Notes: generated by a model not told the origin, from the sequence alone. Counted from the first letter of the stretch, positions 1-11,231 are shown. The stretch: DNA of 64,000 nt from Roseovarius sp. (GCA_046290265.1 JBKAGF010000017.1:202-64201), one strand, 5' to 3'. Numbers and translations are program-made.

Positions 1-303
1 GGGGCGAGCAGCGTGGCCGATATCTCGGTCATCGGGCGGCCCGCGATCCTGATCCCCTTTGCCGCCGCGACGGAAGATCACCAGGCGGCGAACGCCAAGG
101 GGCTGTCCAGGGCCGGGGGCGCGATCGTCATCCCGGAATCGCGGCTTGAGGTCGAGGCGCTTTCGGAGCAGATAGCCTCGGTACTGACGAATCCCCAGGG
201 GGCGAGCCAGATGGCACAGGCGGCGCTGAGCGTGGGCATGCCCGACGCGGCACAGGCGCTGGCGGATATAACAGAAGAGCTGGCACGGAGCAGACAGTCA
301 TGA
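1..303 (+). CDS. murG: MurG, C-terminal part (runs off window start)
   Basis: [21 protein letters not shown] motif; directly upstream of murC. Confidence 0.93.
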   Translation, partial: GASSVADISVIGRPAILIPFAAATEDHQAANAKGLSRAGGAIVIPESRLEVEALSEQIASVLTNPQGASQMAQAALSVGMPDAAQALADITEELARSRQS

Positions 304-332
304 GGGACCTTTCTTTCGAAGGAGCCAAACCG

Positions 333-1730
333 ATGAACGCGGCATTGAAACTTCCCGGCGACGTCGGGCCCATCCATTTCGTGGGCATCGGGGGGATCGG
401 CATGTCGGGCATTGCCGAGGTGCTGTTGAACCATGGCTATACCGTGCAGGGCTCGGATCTGAAGACATCCAAGATCACCGACCGGCTGGAAAAGGCCGGC
501 GCGACGATCTTCGAGGGGCAGGAGGCCGCCAACCTGGAGAACGCACAGGTCGTGGTGATCTCGTCCGCGATCAAGCCGGGCAATGCCGAGCTGGACGAGG
601 CGCGGCGGCGGGGGTTGCCGGTGGTGCGCCGGGCCGAGATGTTGGCCGAGCTGATGCGGCTGAAATCGAACGTGGCGGTGGCCGGGACCCATGGCAAGAC
701 CACGACCACGACAATGGTCGCCGCATTGCTGGATCATGGCAAGTTTGACCCCACGGTGATCAATGGCGGGATCATTCATGCATACGGCTCGAACGCGCGC
801 GTGGGGCAGGGCGAATGGATGGTGGTCGAGGCCGACGAGAGCGACGGCACCTTCAACCGCCTGCCCGCGACAATAGCCATCGTGACCAATATCGACCCCG
901 AGCACATGGAGCATTGGGGAACCGAGGAAAAACTGCACCAGGGGTTCCTGGATTTCGTGTCGAACATTCCGTTCTACGGCCTGGCGATCTGCTGCACCGA
1001 CGACCCGGACGTGCAAACTTTGGTGGGCCGGATCAGCGACCGGCGTGTAATCACCTTCGGCTTCAACGCGCAGGCGGATGTGCGGGCGATGAACCTGACC
1101 TACGACGCCGGCGTGGCGCATTTCGACGTAGCACTTCAGGCCGAGGACAAGGTGATCGAAGGCTGCACCTTGCCGATGCCGGGCGATCACAACGTGTCGA
1201 ACGCGCTGTCGGCGGTGGCCGTGGCGCGCAGCTTGGGCATGAAGACGGACGAGATCCGCGAGGCGCTGGCAGCCTTCGGCGGCGTGAACCGGCGCTTTAC
1301 CCGTGTGGGCGAAGTGGATGGCGTGACGATCATCGACGATTACGGCCACCACCCGGTGGAGATTGCCGCGGTGCTGAGGGCCGCGCGGCAGGCCACCAAG
1401 GGCCGGATCATCGCGGTGCACCAGCCGCACCGCTATAGCCGGCTGCATTCGCTGTTCGACGATTTCTGTGCGTGTTTCAACGATGCCGACGTGGTCGCAA
1501 TCGCCGAGGTCTATGCCGCGGGCGAGGACCCGATCGAGGGCGCGACGCGCGACGACCTCGTGGCGGGGCTGATTGCCCATGGCCACAGGCACGCGCGGGC
1601 GATCCTGGGCGAGGATGACCTTGTGCGGCTTGTGCGTGAACAGGCGCGGCCGGGCGACATGGTGGTCTGCCTTGGTGCCGGTACTATCAGTGCCTGGGCG
1701 AACGGGTTGCCGGAAAAGCTGAAGGGCTGA
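333..1730 (+). CDS. murC: UDP-N-acetylmuramate--L-alanine ligase
   Basis: [35 protein letters not shown]; AGGAG RBS before ATG 333. Confidence 0.97.
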   Translation: MNAALKLPGDVGPIHFVGIGGIGMSGIAEVLLNHGYTVQGSDLKTSKITDRLEKAGATIFEGQEAANLENAQVVVISSAIKPGNAELDEARRRGLPVVRRAEMLAELMRLKSNVAVAGTHGKTTTTTMVAALLDHGKFDPTVINGGIIHAYGSNARVGQGEWMVVEADESDGTFNRLPATIAIVTNIDPEHMEHWGTEEKLHQGFLDFVSNIPFYGLAICCTDDPDVQTLVGRISDRRVITFGFNAQADVRAMNLTYDAGVAHFDVALQAEDKVIEGCTLPMPGDHNVSNALSAVAVARSLGMKTDEIREALAAFGGVNRRFTRVGEVDGVTIIDDYGHHPVEIAAVLRAARQATKGRIIAVHQPHRYSRLHSLFDDFCACFNDADVVAIAEVYAAGEDPIEGATRDDLVAGLIAHGHRHARAILGEDDLVRLVREQARPGDMVVCLGAGTISAWANGLPEKLKG

Positions 1731-1978
1731 TGGAAAACCTGCTGATTATACTGCCCGCGGTATTCGGCATGATGATTGGCAGTTGCCATCCGGCTGCGGT
1801 GAAATCGGGGCTTATCCTGGCAGGGATCATGTTCTTCTTGGTTTTGTGTCAGACCATAGCGAATTGGGGCGCCATGTTCAGCGGACTGGCACTTTTGTAC
1901 GTCGTCGCGTTCCCGGTGGTCGTCCTGATCGGAGTACCCGTCGGGTTCTTCCTGGCCGGTCTTTTGGGAAGGGGATAG
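1730..1978 (+). CDS. Small hydrophobic membrane protein, 82 aa; paralog of 1983-2246
   Basis: TGATG overlap with murC stop; about 3 hydrophobic stretches; atypical codon usage. Confidence 0.7.
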   Translation: MENLLIILPAVFGMMIGSCHPAAVKSGLILAGIMFFLVLCQTIANWGAMFSGLALLYVVAFPVVVLIGVPVGFFLAGLLGRG

Positions 1979-1982
1979 GTTC

Positions 1983-2246
1983 GTGTCCTTTCTGCTGGAT
2001 AATCTGTTGCTTACCCTACCGGCGTTCTTCGGCGTGATGATTGGGTCGCTGCAGCGCGTGATTTCGCTTGCGGGGCTATGCGCGGCGGTGGCCGTCCTGC
2101 TGCTTATGATCGGGTCAATCATCGTGACGATGCATGAGGCATGGATTTTCATGGCTTTGTACATCCTTGCTTACGTTTCGGTCGTCGGCCTTTCTGCGAT
2201 ATGCACCGCGGCAATCGTGTCCGCTTTCGGAGGGACGAGGCTTTGA
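1983..2246 (+). CDS. Small hydrophobic membrane protein, 87 aa; paralog of 1730-1978
   Basis: NLLLTLPAFFGVMIGS vs NLLIILPAVFGMMIGS; GTG start after GGGG. Confidence 0.7.
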   Translation: MSFLLDNLLLTLPAFFGVMIGSLQRVISLAGLCAAVAVLLLMIGSIIVTMHEAWIFMALYILAYVSVVGLSAICTAAIVSAFGGTRL

Positions 2247-2318
2247 CGGATGCGTTGGGCAGATTTGGTCGGCAAAAGGCGTACAAGGGAGGGCCGGGTC
2301 TGCTGATGGACTCTGACG

Positions 2319-2414
2319 CGCGAACAGGCGAAACCGGGCGACATGGTGGTGTGCCTGGGCGCGGGGACGATCAGTGCCTGGGCCAACGGGTTGCCCGAAA
2401 AGCTGAAGGCGTGA
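2319..2414 (+). pseudogene. Orphan second copy of the last 32 codons of murC
   Basis: [31 protein letters not shown]; 82/96 nt identical to 1635-1730 by manual alignment. Confidence 0.95.
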
Positions 2415-2418
2415 CGGT

Positions 2419-2488
2419 GGCCGGAATTTTACGAAAATTCCGGGCCGGAAAATGCGTATTTTCCGGTACGTTTTCCGCGCAGAAAACG
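2419..2488. repeat. Three consecutive hairpins; the first belongs to a dispersed GAATTTT-N3-AAAATTC palindrome family
   Basis: ccggaatttt/aaaattccgg, ccggaaaat/attttccgg, cgttttc/gaaaacg; first unit recurs at 16601. Confidence 0.8.
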
Positions 2489-2511
2489 GCGCGTGCCATC
2501 GGGGGCGGCGC

Positions 2512-2763
2512 ATGACGCTTGTGGTTCTGGCCTGTCTCTGGGTCATTGCCGGGGCGCTGGTGGCGATGCTGCCGATGCGGCACCAGTATGCGCCGGGGAT
2601 CGCGCTTTTGGCGCTGGCGCCGGTGTTGATCTGGATGATCGGCCGGGATTACGGTGTTCTGCCCGCTGCGTTGGCGGCACTTGCGCTGGTGTCGATGTTT
2701 CGCAATCCGCTGCGGTACTTCGCGCGGCGTCTAATGGGGGAAAAACCGGAGGTTCCGAAATGA
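2512..2763 (+). CDS. DUF2484-family small membrane protein
   Basis: LACLW..AMLPMRHQYAPG..SMFRNPLRYF; usual murC-murB position in Rhodobacteraceae. Confidence 0.8.
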   Translation: MTLVVLACLWVIAGALVAMLPMRHQYAPGIALLALAPVLIWMIGRDYGVLPAALAALALVSMFRNPLRYFARRLMGEKPEVPK

Positions 2764-3029
2764 GCATGTCTCTTGTCCTGGCCTGCATCTGGGCGCTTGC
2801 CTCAAACCTGCTGGCGATGATCCCCAGCCGCGACAACCACTGGCGGCGTGCCTATGCGCTGATTGCCGTGGGCATCCCGATCCTGGGATACGTGACATGG
2901 CAGAACGGGCCCTGGGTGGGGTTGTTCGTGCTGGCGGCGGGCATGAGCCTGTTGCGCTGGCCGGTGATCCATCTGGGCCGCTGGGCCCGGCGGGCCGTGG
3001 ACGGTGACATGGCCCGCGGTGGGGATTGA
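2760..3029 (+). CDS. DUF2484-family small membrane protein
   Basis: LACIWA..AMIPSRDNHWRRAY..MSLLRWPV; ATGA overlap with the previous gene. Confidence 0.8.
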   Translation: MSMSLVLACIWALASNLLAMIPSRDNHWRRAYALIAVGIPILGYVTWQNGPWVGLFVLAAGMSLLRWPVIHLGRWARRAVDGDMARGGD

Positions 3030-3050
3030 GTATTTTTGCCAAGAAAAAGC
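3028..3050 (+). repeat. GAGTATTT-family short dispersed repeat, copy 1
   Basis: gagtatttttgccaagaaaaagc; similar units at 33713 and 41475. Confidence 0.6.
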
Positions 3051-3097
3051 CGGGTGCTGTCTTTCGGTTCAGGCCAGGTTGAGGCAGAAGAGGCCGC

Positions 3098-4030
3098 ATG
3101 AGTGATCTTCCCGAACCCCGTGGCCGCCTGAGCGAGAAGCGCATGCTGGCCGACCTGACCTGGCTACGGGTGGGCGGGCCGGCGGATTGGCTGTTTCAGC
3201 CTGCGGATGTCGAAGACCTGGCGGACTTCCTGCGCGACCTGGATCCGGGGGTAGCGGTCTTTCCGATGGGCGTGGGCAGCAACCTGATCGTGCGGGACGG
3301 CGGCTTGCGTGCCGTGGTGATCCGGCTGGGGCGCGGGTTCAATGCCATCGAGGTCGACGGCACCCGCGTGACCGCCGGGGCGGCGGCGCTGGATGCGCAT
3401 GTGGCCCGGCGCGCGGGCGAGGCGGGGGTGGACCTGACCTTTCTGCGCACCATCCCGGGCGCCATCGGCGGCGCGGTGCGGATGAATGCCGGATGCTATG
3501 GCAGTTACGTGGCCGATCATTTCGTCGAAGCGCAGGCGGTCAGCCGCGCGGGCGAGGTGGTGACGCTGACCGCCGATGACCTGAAGTTCCAGTACCGCCA
3601 GACCGATCTGCCCGAGGGGTGGGTGATCACGCGGGCCACGTTCGAGGGTATTGCGGGCGATCCCGGGGAACTGGCCGCGCGGATGGACGCGCAGCTGAAA
3701 AAGCGCGACGAGACGCAGCCCACCAAGGACCGCACGGCGGGCAGCACGTTCCGCAACCCGGCGGGGTTCAGTAGCACCGGGCGGGCCGATGATACCCACG
3801 ATCTGAAAGCGTGGAAGGTGATCGACAACGCCGGGATGCGCGGCGCGACGCGGGGCGGGGCGCAGATGAGCGAGAAGCATTCGAACTTCCTGATCAACAC
3901 CGGGGGCGCCACGGCGGCGGACCTTGAGGGTTTGGGCGAGGAGGTGCGAAAAAAGGTTTTCCAAGACAGCGGAATAGAGTTACATTGGGAAATCATGAGG
4001 GTCGGCGAAACGACCCCTCCCGCGGATTGA
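3098..4030 (+). CDS. murB: UDP-N-acetylenolpyruvoylglucosamine reductase
   Basis: [44 protein letters not shown]. Confidence 0.97.
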   Translation: MSDLPEPRGRLSEKRMLADLTWLRVGGPADWLFQPADVEDLADFLRDLDPGVAVFPMGVGSNLIVRDGGLRAVVIRLGRGFNAIEVDGTRVTAGAAALDAHVARRAGEAGVDLTFLRTIPGAIGGAVRMNAGCYGSYVADHFVEAQAVSRAGEVVTLTADDLKFQYRQTDLPEGWVITRATFEGIAGDPGELAARMDAQLKKRDETQPTKDRTAGSTFRNPAGFSSTGRADDTHDLKAWKVIDNAGMRGATRGGAQMSEKHSNFLINTGGATAADLEGLGEEVRKKVFQDSGIELHWEIMRVGETTPPAD

Positions 4031-4084
4031 GGCGGACACAATAAAACAAGGGTCGATAACGACCCGGGACATTGAGGCAGTAAG

Positions 4085-5005
4085 GTGGTTTCTTCGAGCG
4101 GAAACGCCCCGACTGTTGCGGTGATTATGGGTGGCCCCTCGGCCGAGCGCGAGGTGTCGCTGTCGTCAGGACGGGAATGCGCCGCAGCACTCCGGGAGGC
4201 AGGCTATGAGGTGGTCGAGGTCGATGCGGGCCGCGACCTTGCCGTGGTTCTGGCCGATCTCAAACCCGACGTGGTGTTCAACGCCCTGCATGGCCGCTGG
4301 GGCGAGGATGGCTGTGTGCAGGGCCTGCTGGAATGGATGCAGATCCCCTATACTCATTCCGGCGTTCTGGCCTCGGCGCTGGCGCTGGACAAGCAGCGGA
4401 CCAAAGCGGCTTATCGCGCGGCGGGTCTGCCGGTGGTCGAGAGCCTCATCGTCGACAAGGACGAGGTGGGAAAGGCGCATGTGATGCCGCCGCCCTACGT
4501 GGTGAAGCCCAACAACGAAGGCTCCTCCGTCGGTGTCTATATCGTGCACGAGGCCGCCAACGCGCCGCCGCAGCTGTCGCAGGACATGCCGCAGACCGTG
4601 ATGGTGGAGGCGTGCGCGCCGGGGCGCGAGCTGACCACCTCGGTGATCGGCGGCAGGGCGCTTGGGGTGACGGATATCATCACCGATGGCTGGTACGATT
4701 ATCATGCGAAGTATGCCGCCGGCGGATCGCGCCACGTGATCCCCGCCGATATCCCGCAGGAAATTGCCGACGCCTGCGAGAACTATGCGCTGCGGGCCCA
4801 TGAAGTGCTGGGATGTCGGGGGTTGAGCCGCACAGATTTCCGCTGGGACGAGGCGAAGGGGCTGGAGGGGCTGATCCTGCTGGAGACCAACACCCAGCCC
4901 GGGATGACGCCCACCTCGCTGAGCCCCGAACAGGCGCAGGCGGCGGGCATGAGTTTTCCGCAATTATGCGACTGGCTGGTGAGGGACGCGTCATGCAACA
5001 GGTGA
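4085..5005 (+). CDS. ddl: D-alanine--D-alanine ligase
   Basis: [32 protein letters not shown]. Confidence 0.97.
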   Translation: MVSSSGNAPTVAVIMGGPSAEREVSLSSGRECAAALREAGYEVVEVDAGRDLAVVLADLKPDVVFNALHGRWGEDGCVQGLLEWMQIPYTHSGVLASALALDKQRTKAAYRAAGLPVVESLIVDKDEVGKAHVMPPPYVVKPNNEGSSVGVYIVHEAANAPPQLSQDMPQTVMVEACAPGRELTTSVIGGRALGVTDIITDGWYDYHAKYAAGGSRHVIPADIPQEIADACENYALRAHEVLGCRGLSRTDFRWDEAKGLEGLILLETNTQPGMTPTSLSPEQAQAAGMSFPQLCDWLVRDASCNR

Positions 5006-5886
5006 AACGCATTGATGCACGCGCCGAGACGCGCGCCGACCCGGCACCGTCGCGCTGGTCCTACCGCTATCAGCGGCTGATGCTGACGCCGCTCTTTCGC
5101 AGATTGCTGCGGATCGGCGTGCCGTTCTGCCTGACATTCGGGGTGGCCACGGCCTATTTCTCGGACGCCGAGAGACAGGAGGCGATCGTCCTTGCGGTGG
5201 CCGATATCCGCCAGCAGATCGAGACGCGCCCCGAGTTCATGGTCAACTTGCTGGCCGTCGAGGGCGCCAGCGGCACGGTCGAGGAGGATATCCGCGAGAT
5301 TTTCCCCTACGACCTGCCGGCCAGTTCCTTTGACATCGACCTTGACGCGGTGCGTGACATGATCGTGTCGCTTCCCGCCGTCGCCAGCGCGTCGGTTCGG
5401 GTGCGTCAGGGCGGTGTCCTGGCGGCGCATGTGGAGGAACGTCAACCGGTGGCCGTCTGGCGGTCGCATGACGGGCTGGGAGTTGTGGATATCGAGGGTG
5501 TGGTGATCGGTGACATTGCACATCGGGCCGACCGGGCCGACCTGCCGGTGATCGCCGGCAAGGGCGCGGCCCGCGCGGTGCCCGAGGCGCTGGCCATCCT
5601 GCAGGCAGCAGCGCCACTGAAGGGACGCTTGCGTGGATTGGTGCGCATGGGGGAGCGGCGCTGGGATGTGGTGCTGGACCGCGGACAGCGCATCCTCTTG
5701 CCCGAGGCCGATCCGGTGCGGGCGCTGGAGCGCGTGATCGTGCTGGCGGAGGTGCAGGACATGCTGGAGCGCGACCTGGCGGCGGTGGACATGCGCATCG
5801 CGGCGCGTCCCACCATAAGAATGAATGAAGACGCGGTGTCTGAATGGTGGCGCGTGACAAAAATGACCGTAGGGGCGGAAGACTGA
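4993..5886 (+). CDS. ftsQ: Cell division protein FtsQ
   Basis: [14 protein letters not shown], one TM segment, ER.P.AVW and VDMR motifs; between ddl and ftsA. Confidence 0.93.
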   Translation: MQQVKRIDARAETRADPAPSRWSYRYQRLMLTPLFRRLLRIGVPFCLTFGVATAYFSDAERQEAIVLAVADIRQQIETRPEFMVNLLAVEGASGTVEEDIREIFPYDLPASSFDIDLDAVRDMIVSLPAVASASVRVRQGGVLAAHVEERQPVAVWRSHDGLGVVDIEGVVIGDIAHRADRADLPVIAGKGAARAVPEALAILQAAAPLKGRLRGLVRMGERRWDVVLDRGQRILLPEADPVRALERVIVLAEVQDMLERDLAAVDMRIAARPTIRMNEDAVSEWWRVTKMTVGAED

Positions 5887-5887
5887 C

Positions 5888-7222
5888 ATGATCGAGCTTT
5901 ATGAATCGCAACGGGCGATGCGCAACATGCGCCGGGCCGCAATGCAGCGCGGTGTCGTGGCGGTTCTGGACGTGGGCACCTCCAAGATCGCCTGTCTTGT
6001 CCTGCGGTTCGACGGCAGCGACCGGCTGCGCGAGGCCGAGGGCGTGGGCGCCATGGCCGGGCAGGCCGGCTTTCGCGTAATCGGCGCGGCGACCACGCGA
6101 TCGCGTGGCGTGCGCTATGGCGAGATCACGACGATGACCGAGACCGAGCGCGCCATCCGCACCGCGCTTCAGGCGGCGCAGAAGATGGCGAATATCCGGG
6201 TCGATCACGTGATCGCCTGTTTCTCGGGCGCCGAGCCGCGCAGCTATGGGCTGGCAGGGCAGGTCGGGCTGGAAGGCAGCACCGTGTCGGAGCAGGACAT
6301 CAGCCGGGTCCTGTCGTCCTGTGACGTGCCGGATTTCGGCGACGGCCGCGAAGTTCTGCACGCCCAGCCTGTGAATTTCGCGCTGGACCACCGCTCGGGC
6401 CTCAATGATCCGCGCGGGCAGCTTGGGCAGGACCTGGCGGTCGACATGCACATGCTGACGGTCGATGGCGCGGCGATCCAGAACCTGGCGCATTGCGTCA
6501 AGCGCTGCGACCTGGAACTGGCGGGGCTGGCAAGCTCGGCTTACGTCTCGGGCATCTCGGCGCTCGTGGAAGACGAGCAGGAGCTTGGCGCGGCCTGCAT
6601 CGACATGGGGGGCGGCAGCGCCGGCGTGTCGATCTTCATGCGCAAGCACATGATCTATGCCGACACCGTAAGGATCGGGGGCGAGCACGTCACCGGCGAC
6701 ATCTCGATGGGGTTGCAGGTGCCGCACGCCACGGCGGAGCGGATCAAGACCTTCTATGGCGGCGTCGTGGCCACGGGCATGGACGACCGCGAGATGATCG
6801 AGATCGGCGGCGAGACCGGCGACTGGGAACATGACCGGCGCACAGTGAGCCGCGCCGAACTGATCGGCATCATGCGCCCGCGTGTCGAGGAAATCCTTGA
6901 AGAGGTGCGCGCTCGGCTGGACGCGGCCGGGTTCCAGCACCTGCCGAGCCAGCAGATCGTGCTGACCGGCGGCGGCAGCCAGATCCCCGGCCTGGACGGG
7001 CTGGCGACGCGCATCCTGGGCCAGCAGGTGCGGCTGGGCCGGCCGCTGCGGGTGCACGGGCTGCCACAGGCGGCGACCGGCGCGGGCTTTGCCAGCGCGG
7101 TGGGGATGTGCCTGTTCGCGGCGAATCCCCAGGACGAATGGTGGGATTTCGAGATTCCCGTCGACCGCTACCCGGCGCGGTCGCTGAAACGAGCGGTGAA
7201 ATGGTTCAAGGACAACTGGTGA
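5888..7222 (+). CDS. ftsA: Cell division protein FtsA
   Basis: LDVGTSKIAC, IDMGGG, AERIK, VLTGGGSQ. Confidence 0.97.
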   Translation: MIELYESQRAMRNMRRAAMQRGVVAVLDVGTSKIACLVLRFDGSDRLREAEGVGAMAGQAGFRVIGAATTRSRGVRYGEITTMTETERAIRTALQAAQKMANIRVDHVIACFSGAEPRSYGLAGQVGLEGSTVSEQDISRVLSSCDVPDFGDGREVLHAQPVNFALDHRSGLNDPRGQLGQDLAVDMHMLTVDGAAIQNLAHCVKRCDLELAGLASSAYVSGISALVEDEQELGAACIDMGGGSAGVSIFMRKHMIYADTVRIGGEHVTGDISMGLQVPHATAERIKTFYGGVVATGMDDREMIEIGGETGDWEHDRRTVSRAELIGIMRPRVEEILEEVRARLDAAGFQHLPSQQIVLTGGGSQIPGLDGLATRILGQQVRLGRPLRVHGLPQAATGAGFASAVGMCLFAANPQDEWWDFEIPVDRYPARSLKRAVKWFKDNW

Positions 7223-7401
7223 TCGCAAAATCTGGTGCTTTCGGCGAAATCCCGCGCGCAGCTTTGAAAAAAGCCCCATATTTTGTGGCATTTTCGTGTT
7301 TTTTGGGTGACGTAAGGGCCATCCAACGGTACTGTTAATGCAATTTAGGCGGAAAAGGCCTGCGCGAGGCGGGCTCAACAGCAGGCAAAGAAGGCGGAGC
7401 T

Positions 7402-9054
7402 ATGACACTTAACCTCAGCATGCCAGGTCAGGGACAGGACCAGGAACTCAAGCCGCGCATCACCGTTTTCGGTGTCGGCGGGGCAGGCGGCAACGCCGTC
7501 AACAACATGATCGAGAAACAGCTGGAGGGCGTCGATTTCGTCGTCGCCAACACCGATGCGCAGGCGCTGTCGCAAAGCAACGCGCCGAACCGCATCCAAC
7601 TGGGCGTCAAGGTGACCGAAGGGTTGGGCGCCGGGGCCAAGCCGACGGTCGGTGCCGCGGCGGCCGAGGAGAATATCGAGCAGATCGTCGACCAGCTGGC
7701 CGGCGCGCATATGTGCTTTATCACGGCCGGGATGGGCGGCGGCACGGGCACTGGCGCGGCCCCGATCATTGCTCAGGCGGCGCGTGAACTTGGCGTGCTA
7801 ACCGTCGGCGTTGTCACGAAACCTTTCCAGTTCGAGGGCGCCAAGCGGATGCGCCAGGCCGAGGAAGGCGTGGACAGCCTGCAGAAGATGGTCGACACGC
7901 TGATTATCATCCCGAACCAGAACCTGTTCCGGCTGGCGAACGAGAAGACGACCTTCACCGAGGCGTTCTCGATGGCCGATGACGTGCTTTACCAGGGTGT
8001 GAAGGGCGTGACCGACCTGATGGTGCGCCCGGGCCTGATCAACCTCGATTTCGCCGACGTGCGCGCGGTCATGGACGAGATGGGCAAGGCGATGATGGGC
8101 ACCGGCGAGGACGACGGGGAAGAGCGCGCCATCCAGGCCGCCGAGAAGGCCATCGCGAACCCGCTCCTGGACGAGATCAGCCTGCGCGGTGCGAAGGGCG
8201 TCCTGATCAACATCACCGGCGGGCACGACCTGACGCTGTTCGAACTGGACGAGGCGGCGAACCGCATCCGCGAGGAAGTGGACGCCGACGCCAACATCAT
8301 TGTGGGCAGCACGCTGGACCCGACGATGGAAGGCTTCATGCGGGTATCCGTGGTGGCGACGGGCATCGACGCCAGCGACGAGAGCAAGGAAATCCCCGTG
8401 CCGCGCCGCAAGCTGTCGGAGCCGCTGAAACCGGTCGAAGAGGTCGAGGTCGAGGCAGTCGAGACCTATGCCGAAACACCCCGGCCGGTCGCCGAGCCCG
8501 AGGTGGCCGCAAGGACCGAAGCCGCCGAGGAACCCAGCCTGTTCAATGCCTTCGACGCACAGCGCGCGGCGGCGGAAGAGCAGATGGAGGACATCTTCGA
8601 GGCCGACAGCGCCGAGGATGACGTACCTCCTCCGGCCTATACGCCCCGCCCCGAGCCGGAGACCTTCGTCGACGAGTACGATGAGCCTGCCGAGAGTTTC
8701 GTCGCGCCCCGGGCACCGGCCCCAGGTACCCCGTCTCAGGATGCGCTGGCCCGCCTTCAGGCCGCGGTTCAGCGCACCCCCGGTGCGGCCCCGGCCCAGC
8801 AGGCGGTGCCCCAAAGCCGGCCCGCGGCACAGCATGCGGCAGAGCATGGCGGAGAGAAGTCGCGCTTCGGGATCAACTCGCTGATCAACCGGATGACCGG
8901 GCATGGCGGCGAAGGTGCCGCGCAGCAGCCGCGGCCGGTCCGTCACCAGCCCCCGATGCAGGCCACGGCGCGGCAGCCGGAGGTCCGCGACGAGCGCGAG
9001 GAAGAGGACGACCAGATCGAAATTCCCGCCTTCCTGCGGCGTCAGGCGAACTGA
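7402..9054 (+). CDS. ftsZ: Cell division protein FtsZ with long acidic/Pro-rich linker
   Basis: [27 protein letters not shown]-terminal [11 protein letters not shown]. Confidence 0.99.
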   Translation: MTLNLSMPGQGQDQELKPRITVFGVGGAGGNAVNNMIEKQLEGVDFVVANTDAQALSQSNAPNRIQLGVKVTEGLGAGAKPTVGAAAAEENIEQIVDQLAGAHMCFITAGMGGGTGTGAAPIIAQAARELGVLTVGVVTKPFQFEGAKRMRQAEEGVDSLQKMVDTLIIIPNQNLFRLANEKTTFTEAFSMADDVLYQGVKGVTDLMVRPGLINLDFADVRAVMDEMGKAMMGTGEDDGEERAIQAAEKAIANPLLDEISLRGAKGVLINITGGHDLTLFELDEAANRIREEVDADANIIVGSTLDPTMEGFMRVSVVATGIDASDESKEIPVPRRKLSEPLKPVEEVEVEAVETYAETPRPVAEPEVAARTEAAEEPSLFNAFDAQRAAAEEQMEDIFEADSAEDDVPPPAYTPRPEPETFVDEYDEPAESFVAPRAPAPGTPSQDALARLQAAVQRTPGAAPAQQAVPQSRPAAQHAAEHGGEKSRFGINSLINRMTGHGGEGAAQQPRPVRHQPPMQATARQPEVRDEREEEDDQIEIPAFLRRQAN

Positions 9055-9078
9055 TCCAAACAACAAATGATCCTGTTG

Positions 9079-9104
9079 AAGGGCCGCAGAGCGCGGCCCT
9101 TTTT
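9079..9104 (+). terminator. Intrinsic terminator after ftsZ
   Basis: aagggccgc-agagc-gcggccctt followed by a T run. Confidence 0.8.
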
Positions 9105-9277
9105 CGTTTGGCATCAGTATCTTATGGGGCGATCCGACGGTGTAGGCGGTATTTCGCCAAACCGTGAAACGTCGATGTTTCATCGCGTTGCAAAGAGTGA
9201 GTTGAGCATTCTCCGCGCGCGAAATAAATGTTTCGCAGTTGAATAAAACGTGCCGGTTCACGGCCTGAGGATCATAC

Positions 9278-10201
9278 GTGCAGAATACGGTCAAATCCCC
9301 GGTTTCCTTCGAAGGCGTCGGCCTGCATTCGGGTCAGGCGGCGCGCCTGACAATTCTGCCTGCGCCCGCCAATCGCGGGATCGTGTTTCGCCGGATCGAC
9401 TGCGATCTGCGTCATTGCGAGATCCCGGCGCGCTGGGACCTCGTGAACCAGTCGCCGCTTTGCACCCTGCTGGAAAACGACGCCGGCATCACGGTTTCGA
9501 CGGTCGAGCATATCATGGCAGCCTTGTCGGGCTGCGGCGTGCACAACGCGGTGATCGAGGTCAACGGACCCGAGGTTCCGATCCTTGACGGCAGTTCCGC
9601 GCAATTCGTCCACGGCATCCTTTCCAATGGCTTGCGCCGCCAACATGCGCCGGTCCGCGCGCTGAAGGTCCTGAAGCCGGTCGAGGTGGCGAAAGGCGAT
9701 GCGCGCGCGCGGCTGACACCGCATGACACGCTGGCGATAGAGTTCGTGATCGAGTTCGAGGACGCGGCGATCGGGCGTCAGAAAAAGATGCTGAACATGG
9801 CGAATGGCAGTTTCGTACGCGAGCTGTCGACGGCGCGCACCTTCTGCCGCAAGGCGGATGTGGACGCGATGCGCGCCAACGGCCTTGCGCTGGGTGGTGA
9901 GCCTGGCGTCAACGCTGTGGTCTTCGACGGTGACCGCGTGCTGAGCCCCGGTGGCCTGCGCCAGCCCGACGAGCCGGTGCGCCACAAGATGCTGGATGCG
10001 CTGGGGGACCTTGCGCTGGCCGGTATGCCGATCCTCGGCCACTACCAGGGCGAGCGGGCGGGCCACGCTGTCACCAACGACCTGCTGCGCGCCCTGTTCG
10101 CACAGCCCGACGCGTTCGAGATCGTGACCTGCGATGCCCCCACGGCGGCGCGTCTGCCCGGCGCCGGGGTACATTGGGGAGAAATCCCTGAGGTCGCCTG
10201 A
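9278..10201 (+). CDS. lpxC: UDP-3-O-acyl-GlcNAc deacetylase
   Basis: GVGLHSG, TVEHIMAAL, EVPILDGSS, RHKMLDALGDL. Confidence 0.97.
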   Translation: MQNTVKSPVSFEGVGLHSGQAARLTILPAPANRGIVFRRIDCDLRHCEIPARWDLVNQSPLCTLLENDAGITVSTVEHIMAALSGCGVHNAVIEVNGPEVPILDGSSAQFVHGILSNGLRRQHAPVRALKVLKPVEVAKGDARARLTPHDTLAIEFVIEFEDAAIGRQKKMLNMANGSFVRELSTARTFCRKADVDAMRANGLALGGEPGVNAVVFDGDRVLSPGGLRQPDEPVRHKMLDALGDLALAGMPILGHYQGERAGHAVTNDLLRALFAQPDAFEIVTCDAPTAARLPGAGVHWGEIPEVA

Positions 10202-10365
10202 CAACAGGCGCACCGTTTGTGGCTATCAATTGCCCCAAAGGCGTTTTGCACCGGAAAATTATGTGCTAGGACGCCCGGGATATTGCGGATATCATCTTGC
10301 GAAATCAACGCGGGCCAACGGCCCGAGGACGAGTTGAGAACAGGCTTCTGGAGGATCGGGCAAGC

Positions 10366-11217
10366 ATGACTGGCGGCAGAATCGGGTTCGGTTTGGCGGC
10401 GGCCCTCTTGGCCTCGACGATTGTTGCGGGCTGCGGCGGCGTGAATGCACAGATTCAGCGCGGCGAGGTCGATTACGAGCAATTCACCGCCGAGCAGATC
10501 TATGGCCGTGCCGAGTATGACCTTGCGCGCGGCGACCCCGAGCTTGCGGCCGAAGTTTTTGCAGAGGTCGAGCGCCTGTACCCATATTCCGAATGGGCCA
10601 AGCGCGCGGTGATCATGCAGGCCTTTGCGTATCACAAGGACGAGGATTACGAGAACAGCCGATCGGCGGCGCAGCGGTTCCTGGATTTCTACCCGACCGA
10701 CGGCGACGCGGCCTATGCGCAATATCTGCTGGCACTGAGCTATTACGACCAGATCGACGAGGTGGGCCGCGACCAGGGTCTGACCTTCCAGGCGCTTCAG
10801 GCCCTGCGCGAAGTGATCGAGCAATATCCCGACAGCGAATACACCAGCTCGGCGATCCTGAAATTCGACCTCGCCTTCGATCATCTGGCTGCCAAGGAAA
10901 TGGAGATCGGGCGCTATTACCTGCGGCGCGATCACTTCACCTCGGCCATCAACCGGTTCCGCGTCGTGGTCGAGGATTTCCAGACCACCACCCACACCGC
11001 CGAGGCGCTGCACCGGCTGGTGGAGGCGTATCTGTCGCTGGGCCTGACGAACGAGGCCCGGACGGCGGGCGCGATCCTGGGTCACAACTTCAAGAGCACC
11101 GAATGGTACGAGGACAGCTACAAGCTGTTGACCGGGCAGGGGCTGACGCTGGAAGCGGTGGGCGACAGCTGGCTGCGGCAGGTTTATCGGCAGACGATCC
11201 TCGGACGCTGGCTGTAA
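10366..11217 (+). CDS. bamD: Outer membrane assembly lipoprotein BamD
   Basis: Lipobox VAGC, TPR-like repeats, YPYSEWA, RDQ, EIGRYY, AINRF. Confidence 0.93.
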   Translation: MTGGRIGFGLAAALLASTIVAGCGGVNAQIQRGEVDYEQFTAEQIYGRAEYDLARGDPELAAEVFAEVERLYPYSEWAKRAVIMQAFAYHKDEDYENSRSAAQRFLDFYPTDGDAAYAQYLLALSYYDQIDEVGRDQGLTFQALQALREVIEQYPDSEYTSSAILKFDLAFDHLAAKEMEIGRYYLRRDHFTSAINRFRVVVEDFQTTTHTAEALHRLVEAYLSLGLTNEARTAGAILGHNFKSTEWYEDSYKLLTGQGLTLEAVGDSWLRQVYRQTILGRWL

Positions 11218-11231
11218 GCCCGGGGGCATAG

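Noticed and set aside
2512-3029. DUF2484 tandem pair as novel
   Set aside because: It is a routine feature of Rhodobacteraceae dcw clusters.
7335-7349. CtrA box upstream of ftsZ
   Set aside because: Only one TTAA half-site matches at the required 7-nt spacing.
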